Assembly: GCA_964016885.1 (NCBI GenBank)
Contig: OZ024749.1
Location: 41,912,001-41,976,000, forward strand
Length of the DNA: 64,000 nucleotides
Direction: 5' to 3'
Origin: Eledone cirrhosa
Taxonomy: Eukaryota
Below, one piece after another: positions 49,970 through 64,000 of this stretch. Position 1 is the first letter of the stretch, and every line of letters begins with the position of its first letter. The notes beneath the pieces are model-generated. The model worked only from the letters and a program-made list of their open reading frames with translations. It was not told the DNA's origin and ran no database searches. The translations under genes were made by a program, and so were the position numbers.

Positions 49970-50930
49970 GTTCTGGTTTTATAATTTTATAAATTCTTAC
50001 CAATAGAGAGAGAGTCGGGTTCTAACATAGTTACAAGATTCTCTCATTGGAATTTAAACAACATCAACTAGGTAGATATGTATGCATGTCAGCATACATG
50101 TATGTGCAGGTATGGATGTTATTGTATGTGTGGATGTGGATGTTTTGAGTTGTATCTGTGCATGTGTATACGCTTTATATCTGTACATGTGTATATGCAG
50201 TTATTAGATGCAGAATTTTTGGAATGTTTTACATATTTTTATTGTTCCATTAATGGATTGTATGTGTAATTTCCTAACTGATCGTGTTCTTTCTGTTTCT
50301 GTGAAGCTTAGCTTCTCAAGATTTGTACTGAGTCAGTTAATAACATATCCCAGTGCCCCAATAATCACAGGTATAAATCTGAAGGTATAGTCAGGGTGGA
50401 GTATCTGAAGATTTCTCATTAGTTCTGCATAGATATTCTCCTTTTCTCTGATCTTTAATATTATATTGGCATCTGCTGGGCAGCTAACTTCCACTACTGT
50501 GCATACCTTATTTTCTCTGTCCCATATCATAATATCTGGTCTGTTATGTCTGCATTTTATTGGGGTTTTGACTGGAACATTCCACCAGTACTCTTTCATA
50601 TTACGTATGTATGTCTTCCACATTACTGTAGCTTATAATGTGTTTAATATCGAGGCTCGCTTTTCTACGGATTACATTGTAGAGTGTTTTGGCCACTACA
50701 TCATGCCTCACAGGTAGATAGTACCGTGATGACATCTTTGGACAACTGCTTATGACACAGGTGACATCTTCGATGTTAATTCTGCAGAGTCTGCATTTGT
50801 TGTTGCATCTAGGTGTTTTGCTTGCATCCCTATCTCTTCTGTGAATCAAGTATTTTGTGCTAATTTCCTGTTCTTGGATTGCAAAAGCATATCCTTCAAA
50901 GTGGGAGCCAATATAGTGGTTGTTGGTCTA
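49970..50930 (-). mobile_element. 5'-truncated R4/Dong-clade (REL endonuclease) non-LTR retrotransposon, degraded
   Basis: AIQEQEI, CRLC..E...ISSC zinc knuckle, RHD, NRPDIMIWD..VEVSCP (PD-D/ExK), PVIIGALG; stops and frameshifts; (TATG)n at the 3' junction. Confidence 0.88.
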
Positions 50931-51399
50931 AGATAGACTACTTTGCTTATCTATATTACTCTCACTCTGGAGCTTCCTGGCAATATGTCCATGCATGATT
51001 CAAACTCCAGCTTATGTTGTACAACCCCTAGAGGCAAACTAGCTTACAGATTTAGAAGGGCCCTAGACAAGCTCAAATTAAATATTAAGATAGTTGAAAG
51101 ACCAGGTATTCCCCTAAAAACCCTAATTAATAAAACATATGAAAAACTCATCAGTACCCTACCCCTAATTCAGAAATGCTTATATATATACAACCTCAGC
51201 TAGAACAAAGTAAATATGAAAAATAGGAAATCTGCTCACTGAATCTGAAATAAATAATCTTTTATGGTACCAAATCAACGTAATCATTTCCGTAAAAGAA
51301 GTTGAAAATTCCTTATCTGAAATCCTTGGGGTCAGATATGCTTCGGATTTGGGACTTCTTGTGCTAGAGTCACGATAAAACTCACTCAGTACACCTTTT

Positions 51400-51710
51400 A
51401 ATGTGATCATGCTAGTGCCACGATAAAATGTATTCAATTCACTTTGTAAAGTGGTAGTATTAGGGCCATGAAAAAATGCACCTACTCCACCCTGTAAAAT
51501 GGTAATGCGAGTGCCACGATAAAATGAACTCAGTCCACCCGGTAAAGTGGTAGTATTGGTGCCACAATAAAATGATCTAGTCTTCTTTGTAAAGTGATAA
51601 TGCTAGTGCACCCAGTACATTCTGTAAAATGATAGAGCAATGCCATGATAATATGCACCTAGTACATTCTGTAATGTGATTGTATTGGTTCCATGATAAA
51701 ATGCACCCAA
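51400..51710. repeat. Diverged tandem repeat of about 48 bp
   Basis: Recurrent tgccacgataaaatgcacccagtacattctgtaaagtgg-like unit. Confidence 0.75.
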
Positions 51711-52110
51711 TCCATATACCAGTGTTCTGTGAAATTTTTCATTTGTGGTGGTGAGTAATGTCAGAACTATAAAAAAAATTGAGATTTTTAGAATTTGGGA
51801 TGGAAGATTCTTAACCTGTTTATAGGAAATATGAAGAACGAACTGAAAAAGGAAAAAACAATCCTAGAAAACAAGAGATAATCATTTTTGACAAATAGAT
51901 TTATAAAAACAAAAATAACGTAAAATTAAAAATGTAAGCAAAGAACCAATAAAATGGTGGAAACATGTACAAAAAACAACAACAATAACAACACAAAACA
52001 AAGCTCCTAGAAAAATGAAGCAAAACAAAACAAGGCAATGACTTTAGAAACCAATAAAAGAAACAGTTAACGCCCTAATAACACAACAAAAAGAACAGCA
52101 GGGACATATG

Positions 52111-52146
<36 letters not shown>

Positions 52147-53574
52147 TGTGTGTATATATATATATATATATCATCATCATCATCATCATCATTTTGTGTC
52201 CGCTTACATACATATTTATATATATATATTGCAATTACATTGAAATTAATGGGCTGCATTATATATTAATAAAGTATTGTATATGTGGGTGACCTACATT
52301 GATTTTGACATTGAGAATTACAGTTGTCCTGTGAATGGAATGGCCTACTTATTAAATAAACATCTAAGTGCTTGCGTATTCCAAAAACATAAATACCCAT
52401 AATGTAATTCTAGAGTATATGACAAGGCTGGCTTTTTCCAATTCTAAGAACAGTCCAAGCAGTGAATAGGGCCAATCCTAGTTGATGGATAGACAGACCT
52501 GCCAACCTCTAAAATCTGAAACAGGGAATACCATGAAATAAAAATGCCCCAAAACGGGGAGAAATGAGGCAAAATGGGGAGATTTTACATAATGAAAGCT
52601 ATACCTATTGTCACAAGAGAAGACATATCTCACCCACCCCAAAGAGGGTGGAAGATCTCCCCGTTGGAAGTAAATCCTATAAACACACACACACACTCAC
52701 ACACACACACATGCACATGCGCACACACATGCACACACATATATACATATAATAAACTTAGGAGAATTAACAAAGAAAAGACAACAAATGAAAACAAGGA
52801 AAAAACTAAGAAAACATTTTTGAAGAGGAACCTTAAAAACTTTATTAGAAAATAAAAATACAAACAAAAGACACAGACATCCAAAGTTTTCAGTCATCGA
52901 GATGGACTTTTGGCAGTTTCGATGCCTACCGATGGTACTGCTTGTCCCCTCGGCGTCACAGCCTCTGACATAAGCCAAATCGCTGTCCGTGGAGTAAGAG
53001 ACAAGTCACAACATTGACTTATAGTAATTAAGCTATAACAGGTACACATAGAATTTATGTGATGACTAAGAGAAGGTATTGTGCTTTTTATAGCAACGGT
53101 AGTCTCGTGAGACTGAAATAAAAGAAAAGAAAAAAGGCAGAAAAAAAGGCAATGTGAGTGTATGTGTATATACATATATATATATACATATATATATATA
53201 GGCGCGTGGCTGAGTGGTTAGAGAATTGGGTTCACAATCATGAGGTTGTAAGTTCCATACCGGGACTGAGTGACGCCTTATGTCTTTGAGCAAGACACTT
53301 TATTTCATGTTGCTCCTTCTACCTGGAGTTGCGACCAATAGAAAGTATTAGCAATTGAAAAGACCAACGGAAACATTTTTCCTCAGTCCGATTTGACGAA
53401 AGTTGATTGACTATATATATATATGGAGGCACATGGCTTAGTGGTTAGAGCATTGGCCTTGCAATCGAAAGGTTGTGAGTTCAATTCTCAGACCGGGTGA
53501 TGTGTTGTTTCCTTGAGCAAGACACTTTATTTCACATTGCTCCAGTTTACTCAGCTGTAGAAATGAGATGATAG

Positions 53575-53775
53575 GGACTGGGGTCCATATCATTCCACTG
53601 TAAAGTGGTCGTGGAGGTGCCACGGCAAAAAAGCACGCAGCACTCACTGTAGATGAGGTTGGTGTTAGGAAGGGCATCCAGCTGTAGAAATCAAGCCAGA
53701 ATCAGTTCCCGTCCCACCCTTGCAAGCAGGGAAAAGCGGACGTAAAATGATGATGATGATGATGATGATGATGAT
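53575..53775 (+). repeat. (GAT)n-tailed retroposon family (aggaagggcatccagctgtagaaa ... ggacgtaaaatgatgat)
   Basis: Many dispersed copies, e.g. about 5910-6130(-), 8935-9450(-), 11165-11320(-), 14655-14900(-), 17440-17630(-), 31215-31380, 31600-31820 and 57700-57915; often fused to SINE A. Confidence 0.7.
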
Positions 53776-54313
53776 GTTAATGGAGTAGTTATATTTTGTG
53801 TTGTTCACTTTCTAATTAAATAGCTCTGTTCTATACATAGAGCACTCTTTTTTCCTTTGCTTTTCCTTCGGAATCACCTAAAACATATATATATATATAT
53901 ATGTGCGTGCGTGTGTGCATGTGTGTGTGTCTGCTGGAGATCATGTGTCTTTAATGCGTTGAAACAAGTAGCGCCTTTGATGCCAGAAAATGCGGTAAGT
54001 TATATTTTCGAAGAATATTTTCGTTTCTTTAGGAAGTTTTGAGATTTTAAGCAATGTGTTTCTGAAAATGTTATTGGTTATACCCGGGTAATTTGATAAG
54101 AAGTGTTTATAAATGTTGTGTGGAATTATGATAAGGATGTGACATAGATTTGTTTATATTGAATATTCCACCAAACTCAGACCCCACTCTAAATCTATCA
54201 ATACCTATCTCTATCAACCCTCTCCCTCTATTCATTACCACCAAACTTTCCCCCTCTCTCTACATCAACTATACAACATACTCTCCCAATCACCCTCTCT
54301 ATATCAATTAACA

Positions 54314-54960
54314 CCAAACTCTCCCCCTCTCTATATCTACTTCATGGAACTCCCTTCCAATACCCCTCTCTATATCAGTTAGCACCAAACTCTCCTCCTC
54401 TCTATATCTACTTCATGGAACTCCCTTCCAATACCCCTCTCTATATCAGTTAGCACCAAACTCTCCTCCTCTCTATATCTACTTCATGGAACTCTCTTCC
54501 AATACCCCTCTCTATATCAGTTAGCACCAAACTCTCCTCCTCTCTATATCTACTTCATGGAACTCCCTTCCAATACCCCTCTCTATATCAGTTAGCACCA
54601 AACTCTCCTCCTCTCTATATCTACTTCATGGAACTCCCTTCCAATACCCCTCTCTATATCAGTTAGCACCAAACTCTCCTCCTCTCTATATCTACTTCAT
54701 GGAACTCCCTTCCAATACCCCTCTCTATATCAGTTAGCACCAAACTCTCCTCCTCTCTATATCTACTTCATGGAACTCTCTTCCAATACCCCTCTCTATA
54801 TCAGTTAGCACCAAACTCTCCTCCTCTCTATATCTACTTCATGGAACTCTCTTCCAATACCCCTCTCTATATCAGTTAGCACCAAACTCTCCTCCTCTCT
54901 ATATCTATTACAGTGAACTCTCTTCCAATACCCCACTCTATATCAATAAACATCAATTTC
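54314..54960. repeat. 71-bp minisatellite, about 9 copies
   Basis: ccaaactctcc recurs at 54385, 54456, 54527 etc.; each unit is made of two related halves of about 35 bp. Confidence 0.95.
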
Positions 54961-56704
54961 TCCCCCTTCTCTGTATCTAATATACCCCCCCCCCTGCCCC
55001 CCCCCCCTTATTATATCAATAGAAACAATTATTTATGGAGATTGTGGTCAACTTAAAATGAAAGAATGCATTATCTTTAAGAACTGACAGATTTATTTGG
55101 AGAAAAAATATGTTTTTATGATGACAGGAAATAGCCAGCATTTTATGTAACAAAAAATGTTATTGCGTTGGGAGAAAAAAAAACTCAATCACGTATCCTT
55201 TATGTCATCTTTTTATTTTTATTAAGATATTTATGTATTTTCTACGAAAAACTGAACAGTTGTTTGAAATGTCTTTTTTTAAAAATCATTTCCTATTGCA
55301 TGAAATTCGTTAAGACTTTTCCTATTATCTCAAGCGTTGTGCTGTGTCATTTGCTTTGTTATTCTGATTACATTTTACACACACACACACATACAAGGTG
55401 TCCCAAAAAATGTATACATGCCTTGATTACCTGTACAGGCAATATTTATTAGAATGCTGTTGAAGTGTGTATACATTGTTTGGGGACATCCTGTATAAAA
55501 GTATGTTGGAATAAAGTGTCAAGCTTGCGTCATATACAAACTTCATTCAAATGTGACAAATGACTTAATATCAAAACATTTATCATATGTAAATAAAGTT
55601 TGTATATAATGCAATCTTGAGATTTTGTTACAGCTACCCTTAGCTATATGGAAGAATAAACCATACACGTGACATACCATAGGAACGGCATTGAGTGCTC
55701 CGATTGTAACTATCATTATACACCTTTATTTTTACATCCGTTTCAATACGGACACCATAATACCTACACCATACATAATACCTACAGTGGCTTAGTGGTT
55801 AGAGCATTAGGCTTACAAACAGAAGATTGTGAGTTCAATTCTCGGACTGGGTGATGTGTTGTGTCCTTGAGCAAGACACATTATTTCATGTTGCTCCAGT
55901 TTACTCAGATGTGGAAATAAGTTGCGACATCACTGGTGCCAAGCTGTATCGGCCATTGCCTTTCCCTTGGACATCATCGGTGGCATGAAGAGGGCAGGGT
56001 TATATGCATGGGTGACTGCTGGTCTTCCACAAACAACCTTGCTCAGACTTGTGCCTTGGAGGGAAACTTTCTAGGTGTAAATCCCTTGGTCATTTATAAC
56101 CGAAGGGGGTCTTTACCCTTTACATAACACCTGTAACTCTCATATCCTCAGGAAAATGAGAAAGTGTGTATGTGTGTGTGTGTATGTGAGTGTGTGTGTG
56201 TATGTATGTATGTGTGAGTGTGAGCATGTGTGTGATGTGTATGTGGCTATGTGAGTGTGTGTGTCTATGAGAGTGTGTGATGTGTGTGTGACTATGTGAG
56301 TGTGTGGTGTGAGTGTGTGATGTGTGTGTGTGTGATGTGTGTGTGTGTGATGTGTGTGTGTGTCTATGAGTGTGTGATGTGTGTGTGTGTGTCTATGTGA
56401 GTGTGTGATGTGGATGTGTGTGTGTGTGTATGAGAGTGTGTGTGTGTGTGATGTGTGTGTAAATAAAATGAAATATAAATTGATGTCAGTTTCGTCATTT
56501 CTACTAATTCACATTTCAACGAAAATAAACAAGATTTAAAAAAAAAAATCTTCAAATATTCTATAAATTTGTCTCCCATCATAATGAACTGATCCGACAC
56601 ATTGAAATGGGTGGAATAAATCATTGACCGGATCAAATGCTTCAAATTCCTTCAGGTCTTAAATAATCGCACCTCCCCACTTAGTATTTTTTCAGATTTT
56701 TCAT

Positions 56705-56945
56705 TACCATCATCATTTTACGTCTGCTTTTCCCTACTTGCAAGGGTGGGACAGGTCCTATTCAACACAGCATCTCTCTACAGTCCTTCGTCATCTCCTC
56801 TGTGAGCTTCAGCGATCTGAGGTCAGTTCTCAACACCTCCACCCATGATTTTCGTGGTTTTCCTTCAACTGGGATTTCTTGGCACTTCTTTACACAGCGG
56901 TCATCTTCCATGCGCATCACATGTCCATACCAACGCATCACATGT
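56705..56945 (-). mobile_element. RTE-like LINE 3' end with (GAT)n tail
   Basis: Reverse strand RWYGHVMRMEDDRCVKKC..GKPRKSWVEV..DL. Related pieces at about 2965-3180 (-) and 44690-44950 (+). Confidence 0.65.
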
Positions 56946-57412
56946 CCTCATCAAATGAAATATCAATATAACCAACTCTAAAGATGATCATGAATTAACA
57001 GTTGACAATGAACAGTTGCTTCAGACTCAATCCCATTTGGGTCTACACAATTATTGATGTTTGGAGAGTTTACTAATGTGTTCAGGTGAAACATTACTAG
57101 ATGACTAGTCAAAATGGAGAGTAATTAAGGGCACCTGGGATTGCAAGGAAAAACATTTAACTTGGGCCTCTGAGAATTGCTGAAAAGCTCCCTTGTTAGA
57201 CATGATCATTTTGAGTAATTTATTCAGGGATATTTTTTTTTTTTAAAGAATTTATACCCTCAGCCCTGGTTCCTGCAAAAAATGAAGGTTCCTGCAAAAA
57301 ATCTTAGACTTCTCTTAATCCTCACAGCCAAAAAATTATTCCAGTTTACAAACACACACACAAATATATGATATAGATATGCATACATACACACATATAT
57401 ATGATACATATA

Positions 57413-57511
57413 CAGGATGTTCCAAAAAAAGGTATACACACTTCAAAGCATTCTAATAAATATTGCCTGTACAGGTAATCAAAGTGTCTATACATTTTTG
57501 GGGGACATCTG
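57413..57511. mobile_element. Tc1-like MITE of about 100 bp (family also at about 46916-46993 and 55394-55493)
   Basis: TIR CAGGATGTCCCCAAAAAATGTATACAC-like, TA flanks, three copies in the window. Confidence 0.7.
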
Positions 57512-58810
57512 TATATATATATACATATATACACATGCACACATATATATAAATGATATATATATATGCATACACACACACACACTCATATATAAATGAT
57601 ATATATATGCCTACACACACATACATATATGATACATATATGCATACACACACATACATACAGGATGTATATATGATGATGATGGGTGATGGTAAATATG
57701 TTGAAAGTGGTTGTGTAGGAGACACAGCAAAAAGTACCCAGCACACACTTTAAATGTGGTTGACATTAGGAAGGGCATCCAGCTGTAGAAAACCAGCCAG
57801 AAACAGTCCTATATGAGTAAGACACGGTCACCCAACCCAGCTTGCCTCTAAATGGGACAAACTCGTCTAACCCATGCTAGTGTGGAAGATGGACGTTAAA
57901 TGATGATGATGATGATATATAAAAAGAGGAAGAGAAATGGATAGGTAAATATCAGGGGAATTGGACATTAAATGATGATGATGATGACATCTATACATAT
58001 GCAATCATAAACACATACCTACACACACACACACACACACAAACACACAAAGAAACAAATAAAAGTCCTCAATGCTATCATCTGTTAGGAGTGTATTGTG
58101 TCAAGTGTGATGATAATATATGTGTGGTTGTTATAGGTATAATAAATGGAATTTCATCTGGGTCATCTCACAAGTAAAACCACATGGCCAATGGGAAGAA
58201 ACCTTCAACTTGGCTAGGACCTCCTGTTTACCGCAAATCTTGGGTCATGTGACTATGTCTTGAGGTAAACGTCCGCTATATGTGACAGCCAGGCATAAGC
58301 ATTGAAAATACCAGCATTAAGTAATGATGCTGATGATATATATATGCGCATATATATATATATATATATATGTGCATATATATATATGCATATATATATA
58401 TATATGTGCATATATATATATGCATATATATATATATGAGGTTGTGAGTTTGATTCCAGAACCGGGTGATGCGTTATGTCCTTGAGCAAGACACTTTATT
58501 TCACATTGCTCCTTCTACCTGGAGTTGCGACCGATAGATAGTATTAGCAATTGGAAAGACCAATGGAAACATTGTTTCCTCAGTCCGATTTGAAGAAAAG
58601 TCGATCATTCCTACTACTACTACTACTATATATAAACAGGCACACAAATACACATACTTTCACATCTGATTTCGCCAATTGACGGATAACATCAAAACAA
58701 AACACAGCCACACACATGCACATACACACATACACAAACACACATACACAAACACACACACACATATCTATACTTATAAAGCTGACGGTCGTATATATAT
58801 ATGTATGTAT

Positions 58811-59096
58811 GTTCTTCCGGTTTTATGATTTCACAAATTTTTGCCAATAGAGAGCGAGTCGGTTTCTAACATAGACACAAGACCCTCTCATTAGAATTTA
58901 CACAACATCAACTAGGTAGATATGTATGCATGTCTGCATGCATGCATGTGTAGATATGGATGTTATTGTATGTGTGGATGTGTATGTTTTGAGTTGTATG
59001 TGTGCATGTGTATATGCTTAGTATCTGTACATGTGTATATGCAGTTATTAGATGCAACATTTTTGGAATGTGTTACATATTTTTACTGTTCCATTA
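58811..59096 (-). mobile_element. R4/Dong-clade element, 3' UTR-only fragment
   Basis: Homologous to 49970-50250 and 59638-59910. Confidence 0.78.
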
Positions 59097-59637
59097 TATA
59101 TGTATGTATATATGTATGTATATACATACATATATAATGAAGGGCAAAGGAGCTCTTAAGAGTCAATGGCCATCCAAAATCACTGGGAGAGATGACCCCT
59201 TAGCCTTTGTCAAGGGAGAATTCTAGGAGAAGGAAAACTCTGATATAACACCTGCAACCCTGATGGTATCCAATGATGTTGACTTGTTCTTCTTTTTGGT
59301 AAATATCATCTTGGTTAAGAGAGTGGGACTGGCTTTGTGCAGTGCCTTTGCTCACTATAAAAGCTTCACGGCACAGGCATTGCTTTATATCTGGAGATCT
59401 CTCTGCACTTGCCGTCACATGGTACCATGGGCCCAGCACTATGTGTCAATAATTGTCACAAGTGTAGTGTTTGTACCAGAGTTTTCAAGTCGCTGGCTGG
59501 ACTAAAAAGTCACACTCGTTCAGCGCATCGGTAGGGGTTCTCCTACATGGATATAAAGTAGTGGCCGTACTCGAAAACGAGTTGGCAGCCACCATATATA
59601 TATATAGGTATGTACGTGTGTGTATGTCTGTATGTAT

Positions 59638-60322
59638 GTTCTTCTGGTTTTATAATTTCACAAAGTTTTACCAATAGAAAGAGTGTCGGTTTCTAACATA
59701 GACACAAGACTCTCTTATTGGAATTTACACAACATCAACGAGGTAGATTATGTATGCATGCATGTGTAGATATGGATGTTATTTTATGTGTGGATGTGTA
59801 TGTTTTGAGTTGTATGTGTGCATGTGTATATGTTTTGCATCTGTACATGTGTATATGCAGTTATTAGATGCAACATTTTTGGAATGTTTTACATATTTTT
59901 ACTGTTCCATTAATGGATTGTACTTGTAATTTCCTAACTAGTTGTGTTCTTTCTGTTCCTGTGAAGCTTAGCTTCTCAAGATTTGTATTGAGGCAGTTAC
60001 TAACATACCCCAGTGCCCCAATAATCACAGGCATAAATCTGAAGGTGTAATCAGGGTGGAGTATCTGCAGATTTCTCATCAGTTCTGCATAAATATTCTC
60101 CTTTTCGCTAATCTTTGATATTATATTGGCATCTGCTGGGCAGCTAATTTCCACTACTGTGCATGCTTTCTTCTCCCTGTCCCATATCATAATATCTGGT
60201 CTATTATGCTTGCATTTTATTGGGGTTTTTACTGGAACATTCCACCAGTACTCTTTCATATTATGTACATGGATGTCTTCCACATTGCTGTAGCTTTTAA
60301 TGTGTTTATTATTGGGGCTATC
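59638..60322 (-). mobile_element. R4/Dong-clade REL retrotransposon 3' fragment
   Basis: ORF 59864-60283 with NRPDIMIWD..EISCP..IGALG; same 3' UTR as the 49970 copy. Confidence 0.88.
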
Positions 60323-61393
60323 TTTTTTTTTTGTATGTATGTATGTATGTATGTATGTATGTATGTATGTATGTATGTATGTATGTATTTTATAGTGCCT
60401 TTGCTCACTATAAAAGCTTCACGGCACAGGCATTGCTTTATATCTGGAGATCTCTCTGCACTTGCCGTCACATGGTACCATGGGCCCAGCACTATGTGTC
60501 AATAATTGTCACAAGTGTACTGTTTGTACCAGAGTTTTCAAGTCGCTGGCTGGACTAAAAAGTCACACTCGTTCAGCGCATCGGTCGGGGTTCTCCTACA
60601 TGGATATAAAGTAGTGGCCGTACTCGAAAACGAGTTGGCAGCCACCATGTATGTATGTATATTAACAACACAGCTTAACTCTTTCTTTTTAAAATCATTT
60701 CTAAGGTAGCTCCTCCCCTTTGCTATGACGTCGGAAGGACAATGTGACATGGTGGGGTGTGTGGTATCTTTGCAGTGTAGTGGTGGGGGAAGTTATACCT
60801 AGCCGGGCGCCAGCTAGTATATATATATATATATATGTAGCATGAATTAAATGTCAGTGAAAACATCAAAAAATGTTTGTTCACATACAAAAATTTTTGT
60901 ATGTTTACATACAAAGGTGGATGTCTGTGTATATATGTGTTTTCTTCCTGTTTGCCTTATTCCTCTTCTGTTGTGTAGATTGGAATGGGGGTAAAACCCA
61001 GTAATTTACCAAAAAGGATGTCCTGTAAAGCTGACTTGACCTCTCTCTCTCTCCTTCCCCCTGCTGCACCTTATATCTTTTTCATTGGCTATTAACTTTT
61101 AATTATTAACATAAGGGCTGGGATAGGTAAGTGACAATAATTAAATTTCAGGTGTCATTATATATTTTTTTTTCTTTAATACAGGTGAAGACATAGCTGT
61201 GTCGCTAAGAACTTCACTTGACAACCACTTTATTTAAGTTCCAATCTCACTGATTGTATGTATATATATATATATATTAATAAAAGGAATTCCAACATTG
61301 TCTGATTTACTCGTTTTATTTACAATCCTTTAAAATTTATAATAGTATTAGAATGAAATAGTATGGTAGAATATTAAATGTTAAGTGTTAATC

Positions 61394-61430
61394 GAACAAG
61401 TACTTTCATGCTTTTGCAATCTTCAGGTTC
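61394..61430 (-). ncRNA. Minimal hammerhead ribozyme, same family as 13432
   Basis: Reverse strand GAAC-CTGAAGA-TTGCAAAAGCAT-GAAA-GTAC-TT-GTTC, inside a repeat (about 61276-61485) homologous to 13297-13613. Confidence 0.7.
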
Positions 61431-61606
61431 ATATTGTGTGGTGACAGTCAAGTTTGCAATTTTCAGTTGAAAATTGCAAACTTGATGTTAAACGAAGATA
61501 ATGATGATGATGATGATATATATATATATTTATATATACATTTATATATATATATATACATACATATATATATATTTATATATACATATATATACATATG
61601 TATATA

Positions 61607-61640
<34 letters not shown>

Positions 61641-61646
<6 letters not shown>

Positions 61647-62704
61647 GTGGACGATATTTGTTCGCAATTTTCAACTGCTAATTTTATGCAAATTTTTTTT
61701 ACTTCCGTTGTCACTCTTGTCTTCATAAATACAGTGACTAAATTTCCACTAATTATTTTCAGAATAATTGATTATGAATAATTTTGAACCTCCAAATTTG
61801 TGGAAGAGACACCGAGTTCTTCTTGGAATCCACGCTGGGACGAAAAATAAGGAAATTTAAGACTTTCTCAGCGTCAGCAGGTGAATGGTGGAAAAGGTCA
61901 GAAAGGAATTGGAAGATTCAGGATTCGACTACGAAGCAACATCAGAGAGACAAACACATGATCGACGATCTGACGCCTTCAAAACGCCCGAGTTTGTCGC
62001 TGAAGTTCAGGATATCATCAACAATGAACCTAGGAAGTTGATGCGTGCCATTGCAAGGGAGAAAGACGTGGATGAAAAGCTCATTAGGCTGGTGGTACAT
62101 GAAGACATTCGCTACGTTTCATACAAGATGAGGAAAGGACAATTTCTGTCAAAGGCGATGCAAGAAAAGCAACTGAAGCACGCAAAGAAGCTGATCAACA
62201 AGTTGAAACACCCACTGGAGCCAGACATGCTGTGGTTTTTCTCCGACGAGAAAAACTTCTGCCAAGACCAGAAGATCAACTCCCAGAACAACAGGTGGCT
62301 CGCTGTCTCATCCAAAGACGTGCCCAGTCATGCAGACAAAGTTTCCAGCGACAACATTGGTCTTAGGTATCGTCAGCAGTCAACGTGACGTCATGCCACC
62401 TCACTTCTTCCCTGAGGGCCTCAAGCTGAACACCGATGGCTACATCCGCGTTCTGAGCGAGGTAGTAAAGCCCTGGATCGACCAGGTAGCTGTACGTCGG
62501 GGGACAGTGACGAAGGCCTGTAGCCGGTTCCGAGCTACCTTGAGGCCGTCATCAAAGCCAATGGTGGGTTTATCAAGTGAGATCGAAAGAACAAGTCATG
62601 AAGACAAACTGATCCAAGTTTGATAAATATATCTTAAAAAATAAAACTACTGTGTTATTTTTTCCTAGACACTAATCTTGTGAACAAATATCGTCTGCAC
62701 CCTG
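61641..62704 (+). mobile_element. Tc1/mariner (maT/DD37D-like) transposon, internally deleted and frameshifted
   Basis: About 27-bp imperfect TIRs (tagggtgtggacgatatttgttcgcaa / ttgtgaacaaatatcgtctgcaccctg) flanked by TA. ORF pieces: HTH, WFFSDEKNF, NSQNNRWL, MPPHFF, KPWID, KACSRFR. The QQD and SPDLNP regions are absent. Confidence 0.88.
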
Positions 62705-62710
62705 TATGTC

Positions 62711-62788
<78 letters not shown>

Positions 62789-64000
62789 GATCAGCTGAAA
62801 AGTTCATAGGCTGACCAAGATACTCTCATGGAATGACCAAGTGAGTATATTTTTTAACATAGTCCCTGGAAAGAAACTGACCCTCACTCAATGTATTAAT
62901 CACTTATAGAAGAATACAGAACATAATAATTTAAATCATTTATAACTAATCGCTTGATGGTGAAAAACTCAGGCTTTAGTTTGCACAACTATTTGACTGC
63001 TTTGCGTGTGTGTCTCCATGGCAAAAAAACTCTTTGATTTCTTTACTTTATTAATTATGACTTCTTGTTTTTTACTTTGGGACTTGCCTTCTCCAAATCC
63101 TACATTGATGTCTCGAGGATTCTTTAGTGTCACCTGATAACATTGAAATTGAAACATGTGTCGACATTAATAAAATGATTTGAAGCATCATATTTAGTCG
63201 TTATATGATTTATATATAATCCATTTTTGAATTTGAATTTGTTTTGCGAGATTTATTATCTGAAAACGTGTGTTGAAACAGATATTGAAGTGGAAACCAA
63301 CAGATGCGTGTGTTTTTATTGGCAACATGACCTTCCCAAAGTATAACAATATATATATTATGAAACCTAAGGTAGCAAAATAACTTTCATGTCTAAAGGA
63401 ATCAGAATAAATTTGTTCTGTTTATATATAGAATGACTTTTCTTCTTGTTAACTCTCTCTACAGGTTACACCTATATTATATATTTATCTTAGATTTTCT
63501 ATTTTGTCTGTAAATGTATACTATTTATTTATAACAATAATTATTCTCCATTAAATAGCTTACTTGGTAAATTGCTAGCTACCAGGCAAATATGTTCTGA
63601 ATTCATATCCTGTTTAATCAGCACAGGAAACATCTTATTTAATTAAATATTATACTAATTACCTTTGTAATTAAAGAACAATAATAAGGAAAAGAAATTG
63701 CACACACCATTAATTAAGAAACTATTATTGTCGCAGTTTAACAGAATAAAAGACCAGATGTAGTTTCCCAGTTTGGTAGAATAGAAGACCAGATGTAGTG
63801 TCTCAATTTGGTAGAAGACCAGATGGAGTGTCCCAGTTTAGTAAAATAAAGGACCAGATGTAGTGTCCCAGTTTAGTAAAATAAAAGACCAGATATTATG
63901 TCTCGGTTTGGTAGAATGTGCCTTTTTTGTAAATATTTTCATGGGAATTGTTTTGATGAGCTTTCCTCTTAGTAGTCTCATTCTTGTGAGTTTAAATGGA

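Noticed and set aside
52890-52970. Possible - strand hammerhead; similar partial cores at about 17845, 19270, 23620 and 49374
   Set aside because: CTGANGA box or stem I missing or broken; cannot be supported

Overview
AT-rich, microsatellite- and retroposon-dense animal genomic DNA. The repeat landscape looks cephalopod/Octopus-like, which is my inference. It holds two host genes in convergent orientation. (1) A + strand multi-exon gene, open at its 5' end, whose 12 reconstructed exons (205-23111) encode a gp130/Domeless-type class I cytokine-receptor ectodomain: a cytokine-binding module with a degenerate WSxWS (YWSDP) plus FN3 domains. It appears to end in a stop codon with no transmembrane or cytoplasmic part. 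(2) A two-exon - strand RDH11-14-like short-chain dehydrogenase (28990-32768). The rest is mobile DNA: a near-intact Penelope-like element (RT + GIY-YIG; direct and inverted pLTRs), R4/Dong-type REL retrotransposon fragments in (TATG)n, CR1 and RTE fragments, two tRNA-SINE families, a maT/mariner and an hAT transposase remnant, MITEs, a Helitron and minisatellites. The least expected signal is about a dozen hammerhead-ribozyme folds of several unrelated sequence families, including a 192-bp palindrome built from two back-to-back hammerheads between the two genes. Most ORF-track entries are microsatellite artefacts. There is a 200-N assembly gap at 15324-15523.
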